DNA of 64,000 nucleotides from Candidatus Multivoradales bacterium (GCA_965248925.1 CBDFLE010000006.1:2784001-2848000); one strand, 5' to 3'; numbered from the stretch's first letter, positions 1 to 10,452 are shown. Translations and numbers: made by a program. Notes: generated by a model not told the origin, from the letters alone.

Positions 1-2
1 AA

Positions 3-146
3 GAGGTCGCGGAAATCGCTGGCTGCCGCGAATCAACGGTTCGTAACCACCTGTTTAATGCGCGCAAGTATCTGCGCGCGAAGGTGCTCGAGCGCTATCC
101 CGAGTATGCTCGTGCTTACACCACGGACGCGGAGGAAGGTGTATGA
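3..146 (+). CDS. ECF sigma-70 factor, C-terminal region 4 (5' part outside window)
   Basis: Hand translation EVAEIAGCRESTVRNHLFNARKYLR...* matches the sigma region 4.2 HTH; TGA overlaps next ATG (ATGA 143-146). Confidence 0.85.
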   Translation, partial: EVAEIAGCRESTVRNHLFNARKYLRAKVLERYPEYARAYTTDAEEGV

Positions 147-589
147 GCGAACGCCAACACCCCACAGATCGAGATCCGGCATTGGCGATATTTCATGCTT
201 TGCCCGCGCTTGAGGTCTCTCTTGATGAGATCGAGGCGATGAAGGGCGCGGTCGCCTCCATGCGGCGGGCCGAGAGGCATACCGCGCCGCTTGTTCAGCG
301 CCGCAGATTGGGTTGGGGTCGGGCGGCGGCGATCGCGGCAGTGCTGCTCACCGCGGTCTTGCTCCGTGGTGCCGCGCCTCCGGTAGCCGGCCTCGATGCC
401 GGCTTGGGACCGGCGGCGGCGATTTTGATCGTCCAGCCGCGAGTCGACCAGGCCACGGCGCAGCTGGCGGATTACGCGAGCTATGTCACCCAGCTGCCGC
501 TGATCGATGGCCTCGAAGAGCCGCTGCTGCAATTTCACGACGAGGGCCTGTCGTTGGTCTTTATCGCTAGTGAGCATCTCGATGTCTGA
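143..589 (+). CDS. Putative anti-sigma-like single-pass membrane protein
   Basis: Coupled to sigma gene; central TM segment (AAAIAAVLLTAVLL); function inferred from context. Confidence 0.55.
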   Translation: MSERQHPTDRDPALAIFHALPALEVSLDEIEAMKGAVASMRRAERHTAPLVQRRRLGWGRAAAIAAVLLTAVLLRGAAPPVAGLDAGLGPAAAILIVQPRVDQATAQLADYASYVTQLPLIDGLEEPLLQFHDEGLSLVFIASEHLDV

Positions 590-1439
590 GTCTTCAATGC
601 ACAGCTCAGTGCAGAAAGATTCAGTGCAGAAAGCTGCTGTTTGGCGTCGGTCAGGTGTCGGTTTCGGAATGCTAGTGCTCACCCTGGTCGTGGCCGCCGT
701 GCCGCTGGTGGGTCAAGGTTCCGAGGTGCCCAGTGGGCACGTCGTGACTGGCACCCCGACCGGCCACACCGGACCCGCCACTAGTGTTTACGCCCACACC
801 TTTCGCCACCAACAGGCCAGCGATGCAATCGCTTTGGTGCGCTTGGTGCTATCGCCCACTGGTTCGGTCGAGCTGCAACCGGCGGGCAATTCACTGGTGG
901 TGCGCGATCGGGTGGCGCGGATCGCCCATATTCAACGGCTGCTCGGCCAGTTCGATCATCCCCTCCAAGATCTGCGTTTCGAGATCAACGTCTTGCGTGC
1001 CGGCGGCTCCTCGGCGAGTCCCGTAGGAGCTGGCGGCAGCGGCAAGAACACCTTGCCAGCCGATCTGGTGGCACGTTTGAAAGACCTGCTGCGCTATGAG
1101 TCTTACGAGTTGCTGGCTCGTACCGAGCTGTCTTTGAAAGAAGGCGAGGCCGTGACTTATGCGCTGGGCGACCGCTACAGCGTTAGCTTCCGTCCGGGCA
1201 CTATTCTGGCCGACCGCCGGATGCGATTGCAGGATTTCGAGATCTTGCAGCGCTCGCCGGAGAGTGCCAACAAGAGTCGCCGCTTGGAGCCGCACCGGCT
1301 GGTGCAAACCCACCTAAACCTGTGGATGGATCAGGTCTTCGTGCTCGCTGTCGCCCAGAAGGATGGCGGCGCGAACGACGGAGTGCTGATGGTCGCCATC
1401 ACTTGCCGCCGCGAGGAGCCCAGCGCGAGAGAGCGGTAA
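582..1439 (+). CDS. Exported protein with secretin N-terminal (NolW-like) domain
   Basis: Hydrophobic signal then HTFRHQQASDAIALVRLVLSPTGSVELQPAGNSLVVRD...LLGQFDHP; start uncertain (582 or later). Confidence 0.6.
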   Translation: MSESSMHSSVQKDSVQKAAVWRRSGVGFGMLVLTLVVAAVPLVGQGSEVPSGHVVTGTPTGHTGPATSVYAHTFRHQQASDAIALVRLVLSPTGSVELQPAGNSLVVRDRVARIAHIQRLLGQFDHPLQDLRFEINVLRAGGSSASPVGAGGSGKNTLPADLVARLKDLLRYESYELLARTELSLKEGEAVTYALGDRYSVSFRPGTILADRRMRLQDFEILQRSPESANKSRRLEPHRLVQTHLNLWMDQVFVLAVAQKDGGANDGVLMVAITCRREEPSARER

Positions 1440-1505
1440 GCCGGGCGGCGTACTCGCCGCCTACCCCGAATCCTGGATCCGACCGCGACTCTTCCGATTC
1501 CCGTC

Positions 1506-2720
1506 ATGCAGTACGTTTGCCGGCTAGGCACCCCCGACGGCCGAGTGCTGACCCAGATCGAAAAGGGCAGCGATGAAGACTCCCTGCGCCGCAGTCTCGA
1601 GCGCCAGGGGTTTCATATTTTTGAACTTCGCCAGCGGGGCCTGAAGATCAGCTTGCCTTTCTTCGGCAAGGGCCGCCGCAAGAAGCTCAAGATTCAGGAG
1701 TTCCTGCTCTTCAACACGGAGCTTGCCGCTCTGCTGCGGGCTGGTTTGCCTCTGTTGCAGGCCCTGGAGTTGATGCTCGAGAGCATGGAGAATGAGGACT
1801 TCAAGAGCGTTCTCAGCGAAATCTACGAGAACGTCAAGTCGGGGGCCGAGTTATCTGATGCCTTCGGTGAGCATGGAGACATGTTTCCCTCGCTCTATGC
1901 GCCGACCTTGAAGGCCGGTGAGCGATCGGGTGAACTCGAGCAGGTGGTGCGGCGCTTTGTTCGCTACCTGCGGCTTGTGCTCGATGCGCGCAAACGGGTG
2001 GTGTCGGCCTTGGTCTACCCGCTAGTGCTGATCGGCTTGTCGATCGCCATGCTGGTGCTCATGGCGATCTTCGTGGTGCCCAACTTCTCCCGCTTCTACG
2101 CCGATCTGGGCGCCGAGCTGCCGACTATCACCAAGGTCACTCTGGGCATCTCGTTCTTCATCCGCGACTACTTCTTTTTCCTGGCAGGGGGGCTGTTCCT
2201 GGCCTCTTGGGCTTTCCGGCGGTGGCGAGCGACACCGAGTGGGCTCTTGGTGGTCGACCGCTGGCGGCTGCGGCTACCGATTCTGGGCACCATCTTTCAT
2301 TACTTCTCGTTGGCTGAGTTCTGCCGCTCACTGGCCACCCTGCTGACCGGTGGCATTCCGCTGGTCTCAGCGATGGAGACCGCGGTGAGTTCGGTGTCGA
2401 ATGCCTATATCAGCGCTCAGCTGGGGCCGCCGATCGACGAAGTTCGCGAAGGTCAGGCATTTCATGAGACTCTGCGCCGCACCGAAGAGTTTCCCAACCT
2501 GGCGATCGACATGATCAAGGTGGGCGAAGCGACCGGTGCGCTCGACGACATGCTGACCGCCGTAGCCGACTACTTCGATGAGCAGGTCGAAGTGCGGATG
2601 CAACGCCTGCTGTCGCTGGTCGAGCCTTTCATGCTGATTGTCATGGGCTGCATCATCGCGGTGCTGCTGATCTCTATCTACCTGCCGATGTTCAGCGCTC
2701 TCAGTTCGGTCGGAGGTTGA
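1506..2720 (+). CDS. pilC: T2SS/T4P inner-membrane platform protein GspF/PilC
   Basis: LLRAGLPLLQAL, AGERSGEL, ALVYP, VGEATGAL, SLVEP repeats. Confidence 0.93.
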   Translation: MQYVCRLGTPDGRVLTQIEKGSDEDSLRRSLERQGFHIFELRQRGLKISLPFFGKGRRKKLKIQEFLLFNTELAALLRAGLPLLQALELMLESMENEDFKSVLSEIYENVKSGAELSDAFGEHGDMFPSLYAPTLKAGERSGELEQVVRRFVRYLRLVLDARKRVVSALVYPLVLIGLSIAMLVLMAIFVVPNFSRFYADLGAELPTITKVTLGISFFIRDYFFFLAGGLFLASWAFRRWRATPSGLLVVDRWRLRLPILGTIFHYFSLAEFCRSLATLLTGGIPLVSAMETAVSSVSNAYISAQLGPPIDEVREGQAFHETLRRTEEFPNLAIDMIKVGEATGALDDMLTAVADYFDEQVEVRMQRLLSLVEPFMLIVMGCIIAVLLISIYLPMFSALSSVGG

Positions 2721-2860
2721 CGGCGAAGGGGCGGAGTGCAAATGACCGAAGGGTAGACCAGTTTTCTCTGGGCGACAGGACTCTAGGCAAAGGCGGGCAG
2801 GGCCTAGACGGACGCTGGCCCACAGCCGTTTGAAGAAGCAAGGACCGAAGGACCGAGGCT

Positions 2861-4510
2861 ATGGAAACCGACATCGACACATTGCAAACCGAGCTTGCCG
2901 AGCCCGGCGGAGATTACGCCGCCGCGGTCGCCAAAGCCGAGGTGGAAGAGCAAGCTGCTCGGCAGATGGCGGCCGACTACGGGCTCGAATTTGTCGATAT
3001 GCGCAATTTCCGGATCCAGAACGACCTGTTTCGCCGGATTCCGTTCGAGCACATGTTGAAGTACTCGTTCATCCCCGAACGCCAAGTCGACGGTCGCTTG
3101 GTGGTGGTGATGGCCGATCCTACCGATGTGCGCAAGGTCGACCAGCTGGAGCTGTTGCTCGGCTTGCCGGTAGAGCCGCGGGTGGGAGCGCTGTCGGCGA
3201 TCGAAGACATTCTGCAAAAGTCCGATAGCACCCAGCGATTGGTCGAGGAGGCCACCGCCGGGCTGGTCATGGTCAAGGGCGATGGCGACGACGAGGATAT
3301 GTCCCTCGAGTCTCTGACCCAGGACGATTCGAGTCCGATCATCAAGCTCATCGACTCGACCCTGTACAACGCCATTCAGCGCCGCGCCAGCGATATTCAC
3401 GTCGAGACCGGCGAGAACGAAGTCAACATCAAGTACCGCATCGATGGCGCCCTCTACCGGGCGATGGACACCATCGACAAGAGTCATCACCAGACCATCA
3501 TCAGCCGTATCAAGGTGATGTCGGAACTCGACATCGCCGAAAAGCGCATCCCGCAGGATGGCCGCTTCAAGCTCCGCCTGCGCGGTCGCACGATCGATTT
3601 TCGCGTCTCCATTCTGCCGACGGTGCACGGTGAGGATTGCGTTATTCGTATCCTCGACAAGGAGTCAATGAACAAGGAGTTCAAGAGCCTTCGGCTCGAT
3701 ATCTTGGGCTTCGACACCGGCACCATGGCGAAGATGCGCAAGTTCATCCGCGAGCCCTATGGCATGGTTCTGGTCACCGGGCCCACCGGTTCGGGAAAGA
3801 CCACGACCTTGTATGCCTGCTTGTCGGAGATCCAGTCGCCCGAGGACAAGATCATCACCATCGAAGACCCGGTCGAGTACCAGCTCGCCGGGATCTCGCA
3901 GATTCCAGTGAACGAAAAGAAGGGCCTGACTTTCGCCCGCGGCCTGCGTTCGGTCTTGCGCCACGACCCGGACAAGATCATGGTGGGCGAGATTCGCGAC
4001 GAGGAGACTGCCCAGATCGCCATCCAGTCGGCGCTCACCGGCCACTTGGTGTTCACTACCGTGCATGCCAACAACGTGGTCGATGTGCTGGGTCGCTTCC
4101 TCAACATGAAGGTCGACCTGTACAATTTTGTCTCGGCGCTGAATTGCGTCCTGGCGCAGCGCTTGGTACGCCGGATCTGCGATCATTGCAAGCAGCCGGT
4201 GAAAGTGTCCGAAGAATTGCTGGTCGACAGCGCCTTGAACCCCGACATCTATCGTGAGGTGACCTTCTATGAGGGGGCGGGCTGCATCGAATGCAATGGC
4301 ACCGGCTACATGGGCCGCCTGGCGGTCTCAGAGTTGTTGGATTTGTCTGATCATATCCGCGAGCTGATCTTGTCGCGGCGGCCGGCGTCGGAAATCCGTC
4401 GAGTGGCTAAAGAAGAAGGAATGAGCTTCCTGCGCGAATCGGCGCTAGAGAAGGTCTTTCAGGGAGTGACGACGCTTCGTGAAGTCAATAAGGTTACCTT
4501 CGTGGACTGA
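2861..4510 (+). CDS. pilB: GspE/PilB assembly ATPase
   Basis: RRASDIHVE, Walker A GPTGSGKTT, TIEDPVE, LRHDPDKIMVGEIRD, Zn motif CDHC...CIEC. Confidence 0.95.
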   Translation: METDIDTLQTELAEPGGDYAAAVAKAEVEEQAARQMAADYGLEFVDMRNFRIQNDLFRRIPFEHMLKYSFIPERQVDGRLVVVMADPTDVRKVDQLELLLGLPVEPRVGALSAIEDILQKSDSTQRLVEEATAGLVMVKGDGDDEDMSLESLTQDDSSPIIKLIDSTLYNAIQRRASDIHVETGENEVNIKYRIDGALYRAMDTIDKSHHQTIISRIKVMSELDIAEKRIPQDGRFKLRLRGRTIDFRVSILPTVHGEDCVIRILDKESMNKEFKSLRLDILGFDTGTMAKMRKFIREPYGMVLVTGPTGSGKTTTLYACLSEIQSPEDKIITIEDPVEYQLAGISQIPVNEKKGLTFARGLRSVLRHDPDKIMVGEIRDEETAQIAIQSALTGHLVFTTVHANNVVDVLGRFLNMKVDLYNFVSALNCVLAQRLVRRICDHCKQPVKVSEELLVDSALNPDIYREVTFYEGAGCIECNGTGYMGRLAVSELLDLSDHIRELILSRRPASEIRRVAKEEGMSFLRESALEKVFQGVTTLREVNKVTFVD

Positions 4511-5462
4511 GCGTTTGCTGGGCTCGGCGTCGGTGGCAGCACCCCCCGATGTCTTCGCGCTCGATGGGCGCGAGTTGCGCCATGCCCGCCTCGACCAGGG
4601 TCCGCAGGGTTACGTTTTCGAAGGTTACCGCTGGCAGGAGCTGCCGGCGGAGACCTTTCAAGATGGCGCTCTGGGCGGCACGTTGCGTTCCCCGGGGGAC
4701 TTCCAGGCCCAACTCGGCGAGTTCATCGGCCGTTCCCGCGAGCCGATCAAGCAAGCCTCGTTGGTGCTGCCTGATGAATGGCTGCGGCTGACTTTTGCCG
4801 AAATCACCGAGCTGCCACGCAAGGTAGATGAGGTCGAAGACGTGCTGCGGTGGAAGCTTAGACGTTTGGTGCCGTTCAATGTCGACGATCTGCGAGTCTC
4901 GGCGACGGAGGTTTCTCCGGTGCCGGGCCAGGATGAGCCGCGGCGCTTGATGCTGGGCATTGGTTTAGAGAATCAGCTGGCCCAAATCGAGGCCAGCTTC
5001 GCCGCCGCCGGGGTGCAGATCGGCACCATCACCAACACCACTCTGGCCTTGCTGTCGAGCCTCGAAGAAGCGGTCGAGCGAGACGATTTAGCGGCCTTGG
5101 TCAGCACTGATGGTGAGACCTACACCTTGACCTACTTCCACGCTGGCGAGCCCTTGATTTACCGCTTCAAGGCTTTCACCATGGCGATGTCGGCCGAGGC
5201 CCGCGAGCATTCGGTATCCCGTGATTTGCGGTTGACCGGCAGCTTCATGCGCGAGCATTTCTCCGAGCTATCGTTGCGGCGGGTCTTCCTGGCGGCGTCG
5301 ACCGAGGTAGAAGACGATTGGGGACGGTTGATCCAAGCAGAATTGGCAATGCCAGCTGAACCGCTGAACCTCGACCACTTCCCTATGGTGGGTGCCCAGG
5401 TGGATGCTTCTTGGTTGGAAACCGCGCCTCTGCTCGGCGCCGCGCGGTTGGAGGTCGCCTGA
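4479..5462 (+). CDS. PilM-like alignment protein
   Basis: Operon position between ATPase and PilN; LRWKLRRLVPF motif; start uncertain. Confidence 0.65.
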   Translation: MKSIRLPSWTERLLGSASVAAPPDVFALDGRELRHARLDQGPQGYVFEGYRWQELPAETFQDGALGGTLRSPGDFQAQLGEFIGRSREPIKQASLVLPDEWLRLTFAEITELPRKVDEVEDVLRWKLRRLVPFNVDDLRVSATEVSPVPGQDEPRRLMLGIGLENQLAQIEASFAAAGVQIGTITNTTLALLSSLEEAVERDDLAALVSTDGETYTLTYFHAGEPLIYRFKAFTMAMSAEAREHSVSRDLRLTGSFMREHFSELSLRRVFLAASTEVEDDWGRLIQAELAMPAEPLNLDHFPMVGAQVDASWLETAPLLGAARLEVA

Positions 5463-5463
5463 G

Positions 5464-6786
5464 TTGAAGTTCGTCAATCTGGCACAGCGTCCGTTTCTCA
5501 ACACCCGACCCCTGGCGCGCGTGGTGATGCTGCTGTGGCTGCTGGGGGCCTTGCTGCTGGCCTACAACCTGTGGCTCTTCTGGGGTCATTTGGCGGGCTC
5601 CTCAACCGCTGGCACCAGGCTGGCGGATATCGGTGCCGAGCTGGATCGCGTCGACTCGCAGTACGAAGAACTTGAGAACCAAAGCCAGGCCTTGCAGCTC
5701 CGCAGCCAGAATAGTCAAGTAGCCTTTCTCAATCAGCTGATCGCCATGCGCACTTTTCCTTGGAGCCAGCTGTTCGAGGACCTCGAAGAAGTGCTGCCAC
5801 TCGACGTGCGGCTGATCAATGTCCAACCGGATGTGCAGCGTTCGGAGGATTTGGGTCGTTTGCTCAGCGGCACGGCGTCGCGTCGTCGTAGTTCTCGTCA
5901 GACGAGTGGTCGGCGGCGCCGAGTCGAGATTACCGACGGCGCCTCCTATGGCACCGTCCGGTTGCAAATCCAGGGCGAGGCTAAGTCCGAAGAGGCGATG
6001 CTCGATTTCTGGCAGGGTCTTTTCGACAGCCCCTTGTTTTCAGCTCCAGAGCCCACCCGCGACGGCGTCCAACGGGACAATGTTCTGATCTTCACCATGG
6101 CGGTCAACTATCTCACCGAGGAGCCTCAGTCGCCGCCAAGCGGGGCCCCGGATGCGGTCGCCCAGCAGCTAGGGGTGGCAGATGAAGCCGTCGCTGGCGA
6201 GGCGATGAAGGATGCGGAGCGGGTAGCGTCACGGACCCCAGCCGGAGCCCCGGATGCGCCCGCTGAGATGGTGCCGGTGGAGGTTTCAGCGGGGGTCGTC
6301 GTCACCTCCCAATCTGCTCCCGGCACGGCCGAGTCAACCCCCTCGCCTTCAGTTGGGGCGGAAGACGACGCGATGAAGAGATTCAAGGAGCGGATTGCCG
6401 GCGCAAGTCGGGCCGAGCGGTCACCGTCCCCTGGTCCTTCAACCGGTCGCCAGGCGATTCGTCAGCGAGCGAGCACCACTCCTGAGCGAGCGCCGGCGGC
6501 CTCCACCGGTTCGCCGCGGAGCCAGCCAGCCGTCACCCTGCCAGGTGTGCTGAGCGTTCGACCCGGAGTAGTAGGCCAGCCCGTGGCGCCAACTTCGACG
6601 CCAGGTACGGCCGCCGGCACGACGCCCGAGAAACCAGCAACCCAGGCACTACCGCCCACTACCCCAGGCACGCCGCCGTCAGCACCCAGCATCGAGCCCT
6701 TGCAGGCGCCAGCCTCGGCCGCGCCGCGGCTCGGCGGCTTGCTCAGGCAGCCGGCAGCAGTGGTTGCTCAGGAGCGTTCCTCGTGA
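5464..6786 (+). CDS. PilN-like protein with long Pro/Ala-rich C-terminal tail
   Basis: VNLAQRPF N-terminus, TM, coiled coil, FPWSQLFEDLEEVLPLDVRL; GGAGG RBS before TTG 5464. Confidence 0.75.
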   Translation: MKFVNLAQRPFLNTRPLARVVMLLWLLGALLLAYNLWLFWGHLAGSSTAGTRLADIGAELDRVDSQYEELENQSQALQLRSQNSQVAFLNQLIAMRTFPWSQLFEDLEEVLPLDVRLINVQPDVQRSEDLGRLLSGTASRRRSSRQTSGRRRRVEITDGASYGTVRLQIQGEAKSEEAMLDFWQGLFDSPLFSAPEPTRDGVQRDNVLIFTMAVNYLTEEPQSPPSGAPDAVAQQLGVADEAVAGEAMKDAERVASRTPAGAPDAPAEMVPVEVSAGVVVTSQSAPGTAESTPSPSVGAEDDAMKRFKERIAGASRAERSPSPGPSTGRQAIRQRASTTPERAPAASTGSPRSQPAVTLPGVLSVRPGVVGQPVAPTSTPGTAAGTTPEKPATQALPPTTPGTPPSAPSIEPLQAPASAAPRLGGLLRQPAAVVAQERSS

Positions 6787-7385
6787 TCAGTCGTTGGGCA
6801 GTCTGGCAGCGCTATCGTTGGCAGTGGATCGCACCGGCTGTCTTTGTCGTGCTCAATTTGTTGGTCTACGGTTTCTATCGAGCGCGCTACGCCGGCACTG
6901 TCGACAACTTGGAGGGTCGCTATCAAGCGGCCGAGAAAGAGCTTGGGCTACTACGCCAGGAAACGGAAGATTTGCAGGCTTTCCTGACCGAGGTCGAGCG
7001 TACTCGCGGCGGCCTGCGCGAGCTCTACGAACAGCGGTTCGCTACTGAGGAGGAACGCTACACGGAGGTCAATCGCGAGATTCGCGAGCTCGCTCGCCGA
7101 GCGGGCTTGGCGCCGCAGGTCTTCAGCCACCTCAAGACTCCGCTGGGCAAGACCCGTCTGGTGCAGTTGACGCTCAGTTTCAATATTGAAGCTACCTACG
7201 ATCAGCTGCGCACCTTCATCAACTTGCTCGAGCTTTCCGACCACTTCTTGACCCTGGAGTCGGTGTCGATGAACGGTGGCAAAGAAGACCCGCGCAACCC
7301 ACGGCTCGGAGTGCGTCTTGCGGTGTCGACTATTTTCAATGGTCCGAGAGAAGAGGCAAGGCCCTCTCGAGGTGCCTCGCCATGA
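6783..7385 (+). CDS. PilO/GspM-like protein
   Basis: TM, coiled coil, ATYDQLRTFINLLELSDHFLTLESV; GTGA overlap. Confidence 0.75.
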   Translation: MISRWAVWQRYRWQWIAPAVFVVLNLLVYGFYRARYAGTVDNLEGRYQAAEKELGLLRQETEDLQAFLTEVERTRGGLRELYEQRFATEEERYTEVNREIRELARRAGLAPQVFSHLKTPLGKTRLVQLTLSFNIEATYDQLRTFINLLELSDHFLTLESVSMNGGKEDPRNPRLGVRLAVSTIFNGPREEARPSRGASP

Positions 7386-7927
7386 GCCCGGACAAGAGAC
7401 AGCGAGTCTTGCTAGGGGTGCTGGCTCTGCTGGTGCCGCTTGTGCTGTGGCAGTATTTTGTTCCCTTGCTCGGAGGAATGACCCGAGCGGGCGCGGCGGT
7501 TCAGGACCGGGTCGGTCGGGTGCGTGGTGATGCCGGTCCTCAGCAAGTGGTGCGGTTGCACGAACTCCAGCCCGAGGTCAGCAGTTACACCCCTGGGCGC
7601 AACTTGTTTCGTTTCGGCGAGCGTCCTAAACCAGCCCCGCCGCCGGTGGCCCCGCCGCCGGTGATTCGCCGGCCGCCGCCGCCCACCGCACCACCGCCGC
7701 CCACCGGACCGCAGTTGCCGCAGGTCACGGTCTCCCTCATCGGTACTTTTGGTCCCAATCGCCTTCCGATCGCGGTTTTTCGCAACGGTGAAGAGTTGGT
7801 CAATGCCATCTTGGGAGACAAGGTTTCCCCAGGTTTCGCGGTCGCGCGCATCGGTCTTGAGTCGGTAGATCTTTCCTATGTCGATTTTCCCGATCAGCAG
7901 GCCGTCAGGCTGGAGATCGAGCCGTGA
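7382..7927 (+). CDS. PilP/GspC-like protein
   Basis: N-terminal TM, RNLFRF motif, poly-Pro linker, beta-rich C-terminus; precedes secretin. Confidence 0.6.
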   Translation: MSPDKRQRVLLGVLALLVPLVLWQYFVPLLGGMTRAGAAVQDRVGRVRGDAGPQQVVRLHELQPEVSSYTPGRNLFRFGERPKPAPPPVAPPPVIRRPPPPTAPPPPTGPQLPQVTVSLIGTFGPNRLPIAVFRNGEELVNAILGDKVSPGFAVARIGLESVDLSYVDFPDQQAVRLEIEP

Positions 7928-8071
7928 ACAGACGGCGGTGGATCAACGCAAGGAGCGGGTGGCCCGTAAGCGATGTTGCAGGCGGCTATCGTGTCAATGG
8001 ACTTGGCCTAGAGATTCGGTTTTTTGATTGCCAGAGCCAGCGGTGAGAACCCACGGCAGGAGAACGAGAAC

Positions 8072-9967
8072 ATGCGGAAGATCCTAACAGCGGCGATGAT
8101 TCTGATCCTCGCCGCTACATTGCTCTCGGGGTGCTCGGGCTATCGCCTGTTCCGCCAGGCACAGGAGGCGGAGGAGTCCCAGGATTGGGATCGGGCGGTG
8201 CTCCACTACCTCGAGGCGGTCGAAGTCTATCCGCAGAATATCTCCTACCGTGCGTCGCTGATGCGGGCCAAGATTCAAGCTGCTCAAGAGCATTTCAGCC
8301 AGGGCCGCCGTTACCACAAGGCAGGCGTACTAGAGCGTGCTCTGTTGGAGTTTCGCCAGGCTGTAGAACTCGATCCGACCAACCAATACGCGGAGTCGGA
8401 ACTGGTTAAGGTGATGCAGGAAATCCGCGCCCGCGATCAGCAGACCGAGCCGCCATTGTCGATCGAGGAGATGAAGGCCAGGGCGCGGGCCCGTAACTTG
8501 CCGCCGGTGCTCAATCCGCGTTCTGTAGAGCCGATCGACTTACGCTTTCCGGAACCGACCTCGGTGTCTGACATCTACCGCGTGCTGGGCGAGGCTTTCG
8601 GTATCAACATCTTGTTCGATCCCAAGCTGCGCGACCAGGAAATCCCGATCGTGCTCAAGGATGTCGTTGCCCAGGATGCGCTGGAGATCCTGATGCGCAC
8701 CGTCGGCCATTTCTACAAGGTGCTCGACGAGCATTCGATCATCATTGCTGACGACACGCCGCAGAACCGGCGCAACTACGAAGATCAGGTGATCCAGACC
8801 TTCTTCCTCTCCAATGCCGAAGTCAAGGATGTGCTGACCATGGTGCGCAGCCTGATCGGTGCCAAGCATGTTGCTGCCAATGAGCAGCTCAACGCCATCG
8901 TCATGCGCGACACTGCCGACACGGTCAAAGTGGCCGAGCAGATCATCCTCACCAACGACAAGGCCAAGGCCGAGGTAGTGATCGATATCGAGCTGCTGCA
9001 AATCAATTCCAACAAGTTGCGGGAGTTGGGTTTTGCTCTGTCGACTTCGCAGATCTCATCGAGTCTCGATCTCGGTGGCGAAGATGTGCCGCTGCGGCTT
9101 TCAGATGTCGAATTCTTGAACGCCAACAACTGGGTGTTGTCCATACCCAGCTTCATCTACAACTTCGTCAAGACCACCGGTGATGCGCAGCTGCTGGCCC
9201 AGCCAAAGCTGCGGATCAGTGAGGGTGAGAAGGGTTCCTTGGTGATCGGCGACCGGGTGCCGATCCCCACCACTACCTTCAACACCTCCAACACCGCCGG
9301 CACCAACATCGTGCCGATCACCTCCTTTCAGTACCAGGAGGTGGGTATCAAGATCGATATCGAGCCACGGGTGCATCACAACGACGAGATCAGCCTGAAG
9401 CTGAGCATCGAGGTGTCTAATATTTCTGGCCAGGTGGAAGGGTCTGGCGGCCAGAATCAGCCGATCATCGGCACCCGTACCATCGAGTCGGCGATTCGCT
9501 TGCGCGATGGCGAGACCAACTTTCTCGCCGGCTTGATCCGTACCGATGAGATCCAGAACGAGAGCAGCGTCCCCGGCCTCGGCGATCTGCCGATCATCGG
9601 TCGCCTGTTCCGCAACAACCGCACCGACCGCCAACGCACCGACATCGTGCTGACTCTGACCCCGCACATCGTTCGCCGTGCGGATATCACCGAGCGCGAT
9701 CTGCAGCCGATCTGGGTCGGCACCGAGGCCAACATCACCTTCCGCGGCAATTCGACGCGGGTGGAGTCCAACGTCCAGGGTCCCTTCGATGGCGATAGCG
9801 ATGCCCGCAGCCGGGTGCAGGAGCGCTTGCGCCAGCGTCTACGGTCGCTGCCGCGAGGTTTGCAAGACAGTGGTCAAGAGGGCGGCGAGCCGGGCCAGGA
9901 AGATCCTGAGCAGCCGGGGATAGAACTTGCCCCGAGCGGCTTCAACAAACCGGAAGGCGAGCGGTGA
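8072..9967 (+). CDS. Secretin (GspD/PilQ family) with lipobox and N-terminal TPR
   Basis: LSGC lipobox, TPR-like helices, N domains, QYQEVGIKIDIEP, VPGLGDLPIIGRLF signature. Confidence 0.92.
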   Translation: MRKILTAAMILILAATLLSGCSGYRLFRQAQEAEESQDWDRAVLHYLEAVEVYPQNISYRASLMRAKIQAAQEHFSQGRRYHKAGVLERALLEFRQAVELDPTNQYAESELVKVMQEIRARDQQTEPPLSIEEMKARARARNLPPVLNPRSVEPIDLRFPEPTSVSDIYRVLGEAFGINILFDPKLRDQEIPIVLKDVVAQDALEILMRTVGHFYKVLDEHSIIIADDTPQNRRNYEDQVIQTFFLSNAEVKDVLTMVRSLIGAKHVAANEQLNAIVMRDTADTVKVAEQIILTNDKAKAEVVIDIELLQINSNKLRELGFALSTSQISSSLDLGGEDVPLRLSDVEFLNANNWVLSIPSFIYNFVKTTGDAQLLAQPKLRISEGEKGSLVIGDRVPIPTTTFNTSNTAGTNIVPITSFQYQEVGIKIDIEPRVHHNDEISLKLSIEVSNISGQVEGSGGQNQPIIGTRTIESAIRLRDGETNFLAGLIRTDEIQNESSVPGLGDLPIIGRLFRNNRTDRQRTDIVLTLTPHIVRRADITERDLQPIWVGTEANITFRGNSTRVESNVQGPFDGDSDARSRVQERLRQRLRSLPRGLQDSGQEGGEPGQEDPEQPGIELAPSGFNKPEGER

Positions 9968-10452
9968 AACGTTGGTTCGAGCGCCGCCGCCGGCTGCCCG
10001 GAGGCGCGGGCTACAGCTTTGTCGAGCTGCTGGTAGTGTGCGTGGTGCTAGTCATTCTGGCCGGGGTCAGCTTTCCGCTGGCGCGGCACTCGTTGCGCAG
10101 TGTCAAGGAACGTGAGCTGCGTGCCGCTCTGCGTCAGGTGCGCAACGCGATCGACGACTACAAACGCTTCAGCGATGCTGGCCTGCTGCCGGTCGAGTTC
10201 GGCACCGAGGGCTATCCCACCGATTTTGAAGTGCTGGTCGAGGGAGTCGAGTTGGTCGGTGACGCCTCGGGCAAGAAACACCGTTTCCTGCGCCGTATCC
10301 CGATCGATCCGATGACCGGCAAGGACGAATGGGGCAGACGCTGTTTCGGGGATGATTGGGATGCGGAGAGCTGGTGTGGTGACAACCTATTCGACATCTA
10401 TTCCGAGAGCAGCAGCACTGGGCTGAACGAGATCCCCTACTTTGAATGGTGA
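9964..10452 (+). CDS. GspG-like pseudopilin
   Basis: G|YSFVELLVV class III signal; FLRRIPIDPMTG. Confidence 0.85.
   Translation: MKRWFERRRRLPGGAGYSFVELLVVCVVLVILAGVSFPLARHSLRSVKERELRAALRQVRNAIDDYKRFSDAGLLPVEFGTEGYPTDFEVLVEGVELVGDASGKKHRFLRRIPIDPMTGKDEWGRRCFGDDWDAESWCGDNLFDIYSESSSTGLNEIPYFEW

Noticed and set aside
7630-7710. CCG-rich repeat element
   Set aside because: Encodes the poly-proline linker of the PilP-like protein
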